The notes under the pieces: model-generated
Databases searched by the model: none
Seen by the model: the letters and a program-made list of their open reading frames with translations, nothing else
What the model was told of the DNA's origin: nothing
Position numbers and translations under genes: made by a program
Assembly: GCA_026023565.1 (NCBI GenBank)
Contig: JAPETS010000035.1
Span: 1 to 64,000 of the forward strand
DNA length: 64,000 nucleotides
Direction: 5' to 3'
Source: Cirrosporium novae-zelandiae
Lineage: Eukaryota
Shown here: one piece after another, positions 24,784-36,800 of the stretch
Position numbering within the stretch: position 1 is the stretch's first letter
How the letters are laid out: every line of letters begins with the position of its first letter

Positions 24784-27101
24784 ATGGAGAAGAGGAACAA
24801 AGAAAAAGAGGCCTTTTTCAAAAGTATAGATGGGCTTGCCGGTGAGAGTGATACAGGAGAGGAAGAAGAAAAACAGAGTGAAGCGCCGGGGATACTCCAA
24901 TCAGTTCGAAGAACCTATTTGTATAGAAACCGACAGTCACTCAATGATGGCACAACCTTGGCAGCACCGGGCGAGGGCCGCAGTAACTCTTTCCCAATTA
25001 CTCGGGAATCGATATCTCCATCATCCTCCGGCTCGAAATCTATCACGAGGTCAAACAGCAAAGTGCTGGATGCTCCTGCGCTAGGACCGCAGTTTTCAAA
25101 CCAGACTCTCTTACAGAAGTCTCATACTGAGCCCTTGATGAAATCTACAGGTTCAAACCCGACTACTGTAAGTAAGAGAAAAAGAGACAAAACATGTCCA
25201 CAGAGACCTGGGTCAGAGCAGATCTTCAAGTATTTGAATTTTTGTAAGAATCTTCTCACTTTGCCTCCGCAGGACTCTGTGACTAATTGTCCACCTTAAA
25301 GATTTTATCCCGAATGATGACTTCTCTCCTGCTCGCCGGATGAGAATCAATAAGGCTCAGGAATATGGTGCTTCCTGGGTGAGATCATGGAATGGCCGTA
25401 TTACTCATGTGATAGTTGATAGAGATCTCTCGTACAAAGATGTCATCTCATTTCTAAAGATTGAGTCATTGCCCGTGAGAAGCCCTACTGAAATGATACT
25501 ACAGCAACTAATCTTCTAGGCTTCAATAATTCTAGTTAATGAGGGCTATCCCGCGGATTGCATTATATTCCGCTCCATAATTAATCCCAAACAGATCATC
25601 TATCAAGTTGATGGCGCCCAGGAAGTTACGCATCCAGGAATGCCTTCTTCTAGATCATCCACAGACGATTCCCTTCCTCTGAAGCCAGAGAAGGGGAAAC
25701 TAGTTCAACCACCCCAGACGCCTTCCCAGACGGAAGAGAGCATCAAAACCCCGGAAATCTTAGATGAAAATAATATCACAAGCAGTCTCGAAGACACTAG
25801 CCCCCATGCAGAACGACCTCAATCCCCCGTGAATATAGATGATGGTTTGGAACAGGCTATTAATGAAGCTCGGGCTACACATCATCTTGTAAGTAAGCCA
25901 TTTAAATAGCTATTTCGTGTCTGATTGTATATACTGCTAGCCTTTGGACGAAGATGAGGATGAATATTCGAGTCCCCCATCCACAGATACCGAATTATCA
26001 TCAGACATTGAGGTTAGGCCTAAGCGTGCAAAAGTTGTGAAAGCATCATTCGAAAAGTCCTGGCAGCAGCAATTTACTTGTATGCAAAAGCATGATGGAC
26101 TCGATAGAGCCGAAAACCCCAACTCGCGGACTATTGAGGTTCTACTAGAGATGGCTACTTATTATGATCGTATGAATGACCACTGGAGGACCACTGCATA
26201 TCGGAAAGCTATTAGTGCACTCCGAAATCAAAAGACAAAAATAGCAACTAAAGAGCAAGCTGCTATGATACCGTTCATCGGCGAACGTCTTGCCCTTAAA
26301 ATTGAGGAGATTGTGACCACAAATAGGCTACGGCGATTGGAAAATACCAACTTAGACCCCAATGATCAGGTCCTTCAAATGTTTATGAACGTATATGGGG
26401 CCGGCTTAGCACAAGCCTCTCAGTGGGTTAACCAGGGATATCGATCATTGACGGATCTAATCGAGAAAGCCGACTTGACAAGGAACCAGCGAATTGGGGT
26501 TCAACATTATGAAGATTTTCTTGCACGAATTCCTCGTAGTGAAGTAGAAAAACATGGATCTGTTGTACGGAAGGCTCTCCAAAAAATTGACAAGGGTATT
26601 GAAGTTATCATTGGTGGGTCTTATAGAAGAGGTGCTCGCGATTCTGGTGATATTGATCTAATCATCACTAAACCTGATGTATCCAGAGAGCAGCTGCGTA
26701 CCTTGGTGTTAGATATGGCAATACCATACTTGCTTAAGCAGGGCTTCTTGAAGACTAGCCTTGCAACTACATCAAAGGATTCCGGCACAAAATGGCATGG
26801 GGCATCAGTGCTTCCTGGCTCAAGTGTCTGGCGAAGGATAGATTTTCTTCTTGTGTCGTGGGATCAGATGGGAGCAGCCCTAATTTATTTCACAGGCAAT
26901 GACATTTTTAACCGAAGTATAAGGCTACTGGCACGGCGAAAAGGGATGAGACTGAACCAGCGTGGGCTTTATCGAGACGTGTTGCGCGGTGCAGGCGGTG
27001 AGAAGGTGAACGAAGGCTTACTATTAGAGGGGAAAGATGAGAAGAGGATCTTCGACCTACTAGGAGTACCGTGGCGACCTCCAGAGCATAGGGTTTGTTA
27101 G
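24784..27101 (+). CDS. POL4: X-family DNA polymerase lambda/Pol4 with N-terminal BRCT, 4 exons
   Basis: BRCT (RINKAQEYGA..ITHVIVD), 8-kDa lyase domain AYRKAISAL..IGERLALKIEE, GGSYRRG..GDIDL, RRIDFL, YFTGNDIFNR, PWRPPEHR. Confidence 0.93.
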
Positions 27102-27960
27102 AGCAAATTTGTATACTCTGCAGAATTGAAGTACCTAAGGCATACCGTGATGCCTGAAGGATGAAGATGATTGGGAAAATAAAGCCCTGAGCCCCAAGCT
27201 GAACAGGAAACCTTTCAGCTTCAGCCTGAGGCATGGATAATTGAATGGTTCGTAGGTTAAGTTTTTAGGTTAGATCCTGGTCTTTTGGCCCTGGCGGTGA
27301 GTATTCGGTGAGTCTAGTGCCGAATTGTATTTTATGACCGTCACGTATTTAACATGAAAAACGGTTATTATGGTTATTATTGTTATTGTACATTCTCTCT
27401 AATAATTTGTAATTTTTTGAAACGTCAATACATTTTTGACAGCTTAGGAGATATGGAAGTCCATTAGCCTAGGATGAATGCCCGGGAAGGTAATTGTACT
27501 CGAAGATGCAGTTTCTTCTATCCAGTAATCGGTCATGGAGATATTTCGGTATTGATTGTTTTCTAACAGAGTTGACAGGTATTTTACGTATGTTTTGATT
27601 AGTATCGTATTTTATAAGCCGAGTTTCTGCCTGTCGTGGGGCCTTCAATTGCGGTAAACTTGGGCAGAACTTCCTTCAATCATCAACTAACCTAGTATAT
27701 TTACTCACAGCTATCAGAGCATTCGAAACAAGGCGCATAGAGTATGTAATGTGTCTGTGAAAATAATCATCTTTGACTCATTGGCTAACGCGCACAGGTC
27801 TATCGCAATTCTTGAAACCGGAGAACATTTAGACTACCAACTTTTCATTTCTTCTCATTCACCCCCGGCCTCATGCAACACAATGCGCCTTAGTTGATAG
27901 ATCCATCATTTCCTCGCCTCACTACTCGCCGCCTTCATTTTGCCGTACAGAAAATCCATT

Positions 27961-30773
27961 ATGGGACGAAAACCAAACCCAGTCATTCTCGAGTTCTTTG
28001 AGCGCGGTCCTAAGCTCGAGGACTCGAGCAATAGATACCAACATACCTGCAAGGCATGTGGAGAGAAATTTCCAAAGGGTCGTATTGACAGCCTAACGAC
28101 ACACATCACAAAGAAATGTCAGGTCATTTCTCAGAAGGATAGAAAGAGAGCGCTGGCGCAGCTCTTTGATATCTCCTTCGACGCGGTGGATGATTTACCT
28201 TTTGGGGGAAAGACTACAATGGCCAATGGCAAAGCCGTTAATTTGCCCTTTACTCCTAGTAAAGCCAATAACGGCTTAGAAGTATTGGCTGAAGCCTCGA
28301 GACAAATCACAGAGAAATCTATACCGCCCAGCAACGTTTCGCCAACCCCCCCTACTTCCACCTCCAATCCCTTAACATTAGACCCAGCTCTTCAGAGTCA
28401 AAGCATGCATGTACGCACCACCTCACCCGAACTTAACGGTATGTCGAAACCTCACTTAAACCCCGCTTTGAAATTCTGTATAGCTCTGGGCCAAAGAGCT
28501 GGAGAGATTACTCGAAGCTAGGGCAGATATCTCCTGTGCCACTTTGAGAAGTGAGGCGCACTCTCGAAAGACATTCCTTCGAGAGATGATTTTGTTTTGA
28601 AATCAGGATCTAAATGAAGCAAACGGACCAAGTTACTGATCACAAGTCTTAGGTCTATATTCCCTGCGCCAGCAACCGCCGACCTTCACGTCATCCGGTC
28701 CGTATGCAATGATATCAGTTACGGCGCCATCAACAACCCCATTCATGCCATCATCTACATTTCCTGAATCACCTATCTCATCTCCTGAGCTTCAGGCTTC
28801 AGCTTTTCGAGCAGCAGCAGGCATGGTTTCTTATCCACAGCAGCCTTCTAGGTTGTCCCGCATTGCGGCTTCAGCAAATGAGATGGAAGCATCGTTATCC
28901 TCTTCCTCATTGCAGGAGGGAAGACATTGGCTCTCTTCAAGCCCAACAAACGTGCCAATTATGTCTACTGATACTACTGGCTTCCAACGCATACAGGCCT
29001 TGGCTCACTTTGACTCTCCTATACAACAAGGAAATTTTATGGATATCGGGTTGTATGGAAATACTCAGCAGTTGCCTCAAACGGATACTCAAAGCGCAGC
29101 TCAGTTCCCCAGGCCAATTGCTATGAATCCAAACACATCTTTCAAAGGGTTTTCTGACGAGTTTTCTGTTGCTCATCAGCAGCCAAGACAAAAAGTCCGA
29201 GGACGATTTACCCCTTCTCGACGAAAGGAAGTACAGGAAGTGAGGAAGATGGGTGCTTGTCTTCGTTGTCGCATGCTTAAAAAACCAGTGAGATCTTCAT
29301 ATACCCAAGGTATGGTCAAAACTAACTTTGTACAGTGTTCGGGGGAAGACCCCTGCACAACGTGTCAGAATGTGGAAAGTGCTCGTTTATGGAGATCACC
29401 ATGTATTCGAGCAAAGCTGGCTGAAGAAATCGATCTATTCACTACAAGTTTGTCTCCAATTTTTCAAGTTCTTGTCATAAGAGCAAAGTTAATGGCTTTT
29501 AGGGCTGTATTATACATTATCGTTTCACAATGTAAACAGCATGAAATCCAAGTATGAGTTCGTAAGCCGACCAGGCCGTGTTGAAGCGATGCATTTTGAC
29601 GACTCTAACTTAATTGTCACCTTCAATCTTTTGATGTCGCTTGGATGTCCTGCTTACTCAAACATTGACCCTACACTTTCTAATGACGAAAACTCTACTC
29701 AACCCACAAACAGCAAACCTCTTTGGATGCTTGACGATAAGAAGGATGACAATGAAATTTCCGGGAGACTAGATAGATACCTGAAGAAAATGGCGTCTAC
29801 CTATTTCGAGAAGGAACTTTCACCGTTCATGCGCGAGACCCTGATTACGGCTTCCCGATTACATCTTGAACACCATGTAAGCCATAAATTTGCAATTACA
29901 GGTCTTTGTCGAGCTTCAACTAGATTATTACTAACTTCCCTCACTCTTTAGGACAAGCTCCTCATCCGTGCCTTGGACCTTTGGGTTGCAACTCATGTTC
30001 TCACTGACAGCGATCTACACTGGAACCTCTTTTCCAATCCTAATCAGTCTCCTTTACTAGAGCCTGAAACGGGCGTCTTCTCGCCTAGCAATTCCCAGTA
30101 TTGTACATATATTGACCAAGTTACCAATGCTGAGTCATACAATACACTATGCTTACAGCTTCGTGCGGCAGCCGAACTACGGGCTAATGAACTTAGTAAG
30201 ATTGTCTTGAGTGAGATTGAAAAGCGGTTGTTGCAACGTCAGCAGAGCTCCCTTGCTTTTAGTACGCTCTTGGCTGCTGTAGTGCTTCTAAATTGCGTCG
30301 AACGTTATACCTGGCTTTACAACACATGGGAAAATGAGAAGCATGCTAGCAAGGTAACATTTTTATTGATTGTATTCTTTTTTGATTTATTATATTAACA
30401 AGTCTTGTCTATTTGTAGTGGCCTCTTGATCGTCGCCCCGCCGATTTTGCGAATAAAAGCGAACGATTCTCGGACATTCTCATCATGCTCCTAAAAATCC
30501 GCAATCTACAACCAAAAACAGTTACAGATCCAGAAAGCGGCTTCTTAAAACATGTATCTGAAAGTACCAAAGATACCCGGATTACAGTGTGGGTTAATTC
30601 GTGGCATTTAAAATGTAAGTTTCTGCATATTTCTAGAGGGCCCAAGCATACTAAAGAACTATCTAGCCCAAGATCTTGTGGCACGGTCACAAGCTGTATG
30701 CGATATTGACGACTCTCGCAGCTTGGATTTCAAGTTCACAGCAAAATTGCTCAGTCCAGCATCTTCATCTTGA
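27961..30773 (+). CDS. Fungal transcription factor: N-terminal BED-like zinc finger plus Zn2Cys6-like cluster, about 7 exons
   Basis: HTCKACGEKF..THITKKC, then RKMGACLRCRMLKKP|CSGEDPCTTC..PC. C-terminal helical region ending FTAKLLSPASSS*. Confidence 0.82.
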
Positions 30774-32953
30774 TCCGCTTGATCTATCGTCATAAAAATC
30801 AGAGCGAGATCATAATTGATTTAATGAGCAAAACTTGTTTCTCGGAAACTACGGATAAAGCGTAAATTCCGCTCATGGGATGTGGCATACGAGCTAGAGG
30901 CCTCCAACTAAATCCGTCCTGACCGAACAAGCCACGATAGTTCTGTGCAACACTATAAGCTCAGTGGTCCGGAAATCTTCAGATAATCCTTCTCCTTCCC
31001 TCTTCTATGACGGCATCATTCATACGCTCAGCATTCACTTCTTCCTATTTTCTGCAAGCCAAGTACCAGCAGTAACACCCTACCTACATCATGTTGAAGT
31101 TCGAGTCGATCTCACCAACATGACTTCTTTGGAAGCAACTTGTTCCTTTTCTTCATTTAAGATACCCCCTTCCGTGTTAATAGTTTATGTTAATTCCCTG
31201 ACTTGTTTCACTATGTTTGATACCCCCAAATTCAACCTATATGTACTTCTCTCCTTTTTCCGTTTCTTATACCTTTTTACAATAGAGTTGGGGGGAAACT
31301 CCACGTGCCCTATGTCTGATTACGAGGATTACGAAGAAAAGAAATTAAAATAAAAAGCAAAAATAAAAATAAAAAAGGAAGCAAATTTTGTTGTAAGTCG
31401 TAATGACGAAACAAACACACGCTTGCACATGCACATACGCACACACACTTTCTTTTGTCCCCAAAATCAAATCTCAATCTCATGTTCCTTTGTCTTGATG
31501 TGAAATGGGATGAAAAAAGGCGAAAGTGTTACAGTCCTTCGAAAAAATTCTGTTCCCTTATTTGTGTGTATGTACATACTCAAGTACATGTACATACATA
31601 GAGACCCAAAGCGGACTCTTTTAGGATAAACTCTTTAATGGTTAACTTAATAGGATATTATATCACTCCACTGCCTTTAAGTGTTCACGACGACAAAGCT
31701 GTTAACAAACAACAAAGCTTTGGTATCAAAAATCCTTTCTAGGATAATTCATTACCTTCCTATATATAAAATTCTTTCTCCTCCTTCCATCCTAAAGCAT
31801 AAATTTCCTAGGTCCCGGGCCTTGAGCTTTAACTAGACTATTGGCTCAATCAAGGAGGTAATTTATTTTTACCTTCTTTATCTAGATCCTTTACACAGAA
31901 CAGCCAGCATGCAAATTCTATAGCCAGTCCCAGTATTCATTCAAAGCAAAGAGCTAACCTTCCCAATGAACCTACCTGCCTACCCTTCCACCCCAAATAA
32001 AAATCAGAGGCAAAAATAATTAAGTAAGGTAACCAATCCATAAATATAAATACATGCATACAACAGAACAGGCCTTTCAAATATTATTTCCCTCCTTATT
32101 AAAAACAAGAGAACAGGAAAATAAGAAACGATCCAATTTTTTCTTCTTCTTCTTTTTAGGTATGAGGAAGTAATTACTATTAGAGATCAACTGGATTTTT
32201 TTAAGTATCTAAACTAGATGGATGGATATGGGATGAGATGGGATGGGTATCTGTTAATTGATTGATTGATCGATTAACTATGTAATGTTAATTAGGCTAT
32301 ATAGCTGGCTGGCTGGCTGGCTATATACTTCTTGTAATCTACATGAACTACGCCATAATAGCGAAAAGAAGGAAAAGTATATAGGTAGTCTATATAATTA
32401 AAGATTTATATTCCATTCATTTATTGAATAGGTGGGTAGGATAAATAAACACGTGCAAAATTTACAGTATTCAACTCAACTCACCTTGGCATTGGCATTG
32501 GCATTGGCATAATTACATTATTTGCATTCGTGTTCGCACATTTATTACTTAAGAAGAAGACGGACGGGCCTACCAAACCACCATAACTATTTATATTGAA
32601 TAAATTGATTTTATTTCAATTTAACTATCTTTCTCTGTCTGTCTTTTTTGTATCTCTCTCTGTGTGATCTGTGGGAAATCTAAAAAAAATAAAAAAACTC
32701 TCTGCTTTCTAAAAAAACCATATGGTTTGCCAACTTTGCCAGTGAGGTGCCAACACGCTAATGCCGCCATTCAAAAAGAAGAAGAAAAAAAGAAAAGAAA
32801 AAAAGATCCATTCATCCCGTCCAATTCGTTCCAAACCAATCCTAGAAAGGTAAGGGTTATTGAACTATGCCTTGCTGTGCCGTGCTGTGCCGTACGTGTG
32901 TGTGCGCCTGTGTAGTGGGAAAGCAGGTTTCTCGGCCGGCGAACAAAAAAAAA

Positions 32954-33150
32954 GGAATTCCCGGGACCGCCGACCATAGCGCGGACGCGAGAGGCAAGCG
33001 ATCGCCCTTTGTCTTGTGCACGGGAGATGACGACCCTACTCTCTTCCGGGCGAGATGACATGACATTCCCCCCCGCGCGCCAGCTCAGCTTATTGTTTTG
33101 AGACAGTCCCTTTCTTGGATCGCCCCCCCGCAATAGCTGGGTATGTACAC
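32954..33150 (-). ncRNA. Candidate structured RNA (GC-rich rod-like hairpin followed by T9)
   Basis: Nested helices whose mismatches are G-U only on the minus strand. No known family recognised. Confidence 0.35.
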
Positions 33151-33881
33151 AAAAAAAAAACTGGCATGGCTTAAAAAAAGAAAAGAAATAGAAAATAAAA
33201 CTGCTGGTGAATTCATAAATGAGGATGGTATGGATTGGTATAAGTTCATCCCATGAGTAATAAGCAAAAAGACACTCGCTGTCTTTTTTTGGCCGTTCGT
33301 ATACCTACACCCCCACCCCCGTTTTTGAACTCCCTTTCCCGTTCATGAAGATGGCCATAATGCAGCATCACCCCCAAAACGCCGTCCAGTTCAGTTCAGT
33401 TAATCCTTTTTTTTTAAGAAAAAAAAAACTCCCATGCCCCATGTGTGAGCTTTCCAATGACTTTTCTTGATTTTTTTGTGGCTGTGTGCTCTGTCTGCCC
33501 CGTTTGCTATGTAAAAGAAGCAAGCAATTCGAAATCATAAAATAGGTAGTAGTTATAGGCAAAATAGCCTTGTCCCTTATGTGAGTGACGACAATGATGA
33601 AGCCTTGCCTGGTAAATAATAAAGAAAGTATCTCCCCGTGCATTTAAGTACAAGTCGAAGGTTGAAAAAAAATTGATACCATGCCAATAAAGTTTGAGCA
33701 TAATTTGAAATAACACCCTTCTAATGCGCCCGTTTGATTCCTTCGTAAGAGTGAGTTTTTGATGCCTTTGCTAAAGCTGGGTAATCGTGTAACAGTGAGA
33801 AGGAGATCTGGAAAAGTTTCATCCATTGATAACACGGTGATATGGTAGGAATATTAGGCAACCGATTATCCTTTCATATCT

Positions 33882-36800
33882 CTAGTCCGAAGGTGATTGT
33901 TGCCCATTAACCTGGGTGGAAGCAGAAGGATGGGAACCTGTTGAACTAATTGCTTTGCTTTTGGAGACGGCTTTGGTTGCTTGGGCCACTTCAGCACCAA
34001 TGAGGCGTTCAAACATGTTCTGAAGTTGTTCAGCTTTTGTTCCTGGGTTAGGCCAATAATTTGCGACATATGTCCTGTGTAGTGGTTAGCAGTAGGTAAA
34101 ATATAATTTAGTAGAGAGCTTACCAAAGTCGACGTTCCAAATCATTATCCCCATCTGGTTCATCGTCCATATCCTGTAGAGTATTTTTGATGCACATGCC
34201 AATCTTCCTGAATTCTTCACGTAAGACCCTGGCACGTTCCATTTTGTTTGGAATACCCTCCTTTGTGGCATTTTGAACAAGCTTCAGGCTATCCTTGACG
34301 TCTTTAAAGACAAGTTTCAGCAAGCTTGAATCATTGCTAGAAGCACGGCCATTCTCTCGACTTGGTTGGCGGGTATGGTGGTGTTCATGTGTGTGGCGAC
34401 TATCTGGTCGTGGAGTATGACGACCAAACTCACCATGAGAAGTTCGCCGCTCAACACTATCACGGTGACCATTACGACCAAATGGGCGGTCACGATTGCG
34501 TCGTTCAGGCACTTCTCTCTGGCCCCTCCGTGCAAAGGAAGGAGCAGGGGATGCGGAAATACTGTTCCCATCTGATCGCCGGGCATGTGGGCCATTCCGC
34601 TGCTTTGTTTGGTTCCGGTGATGGTTTTCAACAGCCCTTCTAGCTGCAGCATTTGTCCCATTACTCACCTTCTCCTTTAGCACTGAGAGAAGGTAATCAG
34701 CTCGGCGGACTAGATGTACCGCACCAGGAGATTTTGCCGATTTTTCCTCAGTTGCGCTTCTCTCCGCCTTCTTATCAATACGATGCTCCTCCAAGAAAAG
34801 CTTGTCCTTCAAACCAAGCCGTGGATCATCACGAATATCGGTCCATGCACCAAAGCCATGGCGAGAAATGCCAACTAAAAGCATGCCATCCTCTCTTTGA
34901 CCCCATTCGCAAGAATAAGAAGCGGTTTTGGTGGCCTCGATAAGACGATACTTAACAGGATCAGAAACATTTGTAACTTCTCTTAGCATCCTCATCTCTT
35001 CTGGCCGCTCAACGATGGTCTCAGCGTTGACACGTTTTACTCCATGGTAATCAAACAACACGGCCTTTCGATCCTTCTTTGTAAGTAGTTTGTTGGACTC
35101 TCGCTCTATCGCCTCTACCCTTTGCGCCTCCTCTTTGAGAAGTCTCTGGCTTATGCTGATAACGTCTTGCAGGGTTAATTTGAGCAATTCGCGATCTCTA
35201 GATTCAAGCCTAGCATCTCGGACTAGTTCGTCGCCACGCTCATCAATAGAACCATACCTAAGAAATGCACGGATAAGATTTCGATACTCTTTTTCAACAA
35301 GAGGTCGTTTAGGATCCAAAGACTGAACTTCATCAGATTGTTCATCGGTTTCGGCAGCTGCAAGAGCACGTGCTTGTTTCTTGGCTGCACGTTCGTCTCT
35401 GTCTTCAACTGCCTGGCTTTTTCGCTTTCGCGGGGCATTCTGCTCTATCATATTTTCGAGGAACTTTGCATCCGCTTTACTTTTCTCCTCGGCCTTGATC
35501 TTCTCCAGTTGGTCTTTGGGGATAATATCGTCCCATTCAAGATCAAGCTTCACATCCATGTACTCGAAACTCTTCAAAAACTCCTCGCCTCCATCGGTCT
35601 CAATGCCTGCTTGCTCGGTCTTATGCTCCTCAGCATTAGCTAATACAGCATCGATGTCGAGCTCTTCGAGTTTCTTTTGATTGCCAGTCTGCTCAAACAT
35701 CTTCTGACCACGACGCTTTAGGATAAGTGAAATGTCCTCCGCCGATGTGGGCTCAGTAGTACGACCGGATTTCGCTGCTTTGTCTGCAGCCTCCTGGATC
35801 TTTTTGTCTGTGACTCCGCGTTGAATAGTGATGAATTCGAGCATTAGCTTGTTACGTGCTCGTTCCAACACCTCCTCTTCAACGGTCTCTTTAGAGACAA
35901 GTCTATAGATCATAACAGGCTTGGTTTGTCCTATACGATGTGCTCGGGCCATAGCTTGGAGATCAGCCTGTGGGTTCCAGTCCGAATCAAATAGGACAAC
36001 GGTATCAGCAGTCATGAGATTGATTCCAAGTCCACCTGCGCGAGTCGACAAGAGGAAGCAGAAGTCATGGCTATCAGGAGCATTGTAATGATCAATTGCG
36101 ATTCGACGGGCACTGGCGGCAACTGTCCCATCGAGACGTTGGAACTGATATCCACGAAGATGAAGATATTCCCCGAGAATGTCGAGCATCTTGACCATTT
36201 GACTGAATATAAGGACGCGGTGATTATCCCTTTTTAACTTCATGAGTAGCTGGTCAAGTAACATCATCTTTCCACTGCTAGTGATAAGAGACTTGAGATA
36301 ATCTTCGCGCCGGGGATTTTCACCCATAATACGCTGCTCGGCATTCAGAAACATGAACGGGTGATTGCTGGCCTTCTTCAGTTCCATCATAATGTTGAGT
36401 AAGGATTGTTTTGGGCCCTTTGCACCCTGGTTCAATGCTGCATAGTTTTTGGTCAAGATGTGTTTGTAATATTCAAGTTGAACATCAGAAAGTTCAACTC
36501 GTATTATCTTCTCGCTCTTTGGCGGCAAGTCGTTTTCAACCTTTTGTTTAGTTCGTCGAAGCATGAAAGGGGCAATAGCTGTCTGGATTTCTTTGATCTT
36601 TTCAACGGCTGCTTCAGATTGAATGTCCATCTCTTCATCAATTTTGACAGCCCCTGGCATCAAGAAGTCCATAAGAGCAGATAGTTCACCTAGAGTATTC
36701 TGCATGGGTGTGCCAGTGATTAGGAGACGGCTTGGAGCCTTGAAATCAAGCAACTTCGTGTAAAGCTGAGAATCTCGGTTCTTCAACCGATGGGCCTCAT

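Noticed and set aside
27873..27897. Two tiny overlapping uORFs before the transcription factor
   Set aside because: Poor start context and unknown TSS; expected by chance.
31350..32700. AT-rich stretch as a RIP-degraded transposon
   Set aside because: Only simple repeats and homopolymers; no TIR, LTR or transposase remnants visible.
32848..32862. TAAGGGTTA near the structured island as a possible telomerase RNA template
   Set aside because: Does not match a TTAGGG template (TAACCCTAA) and no pseudoknot was identified.
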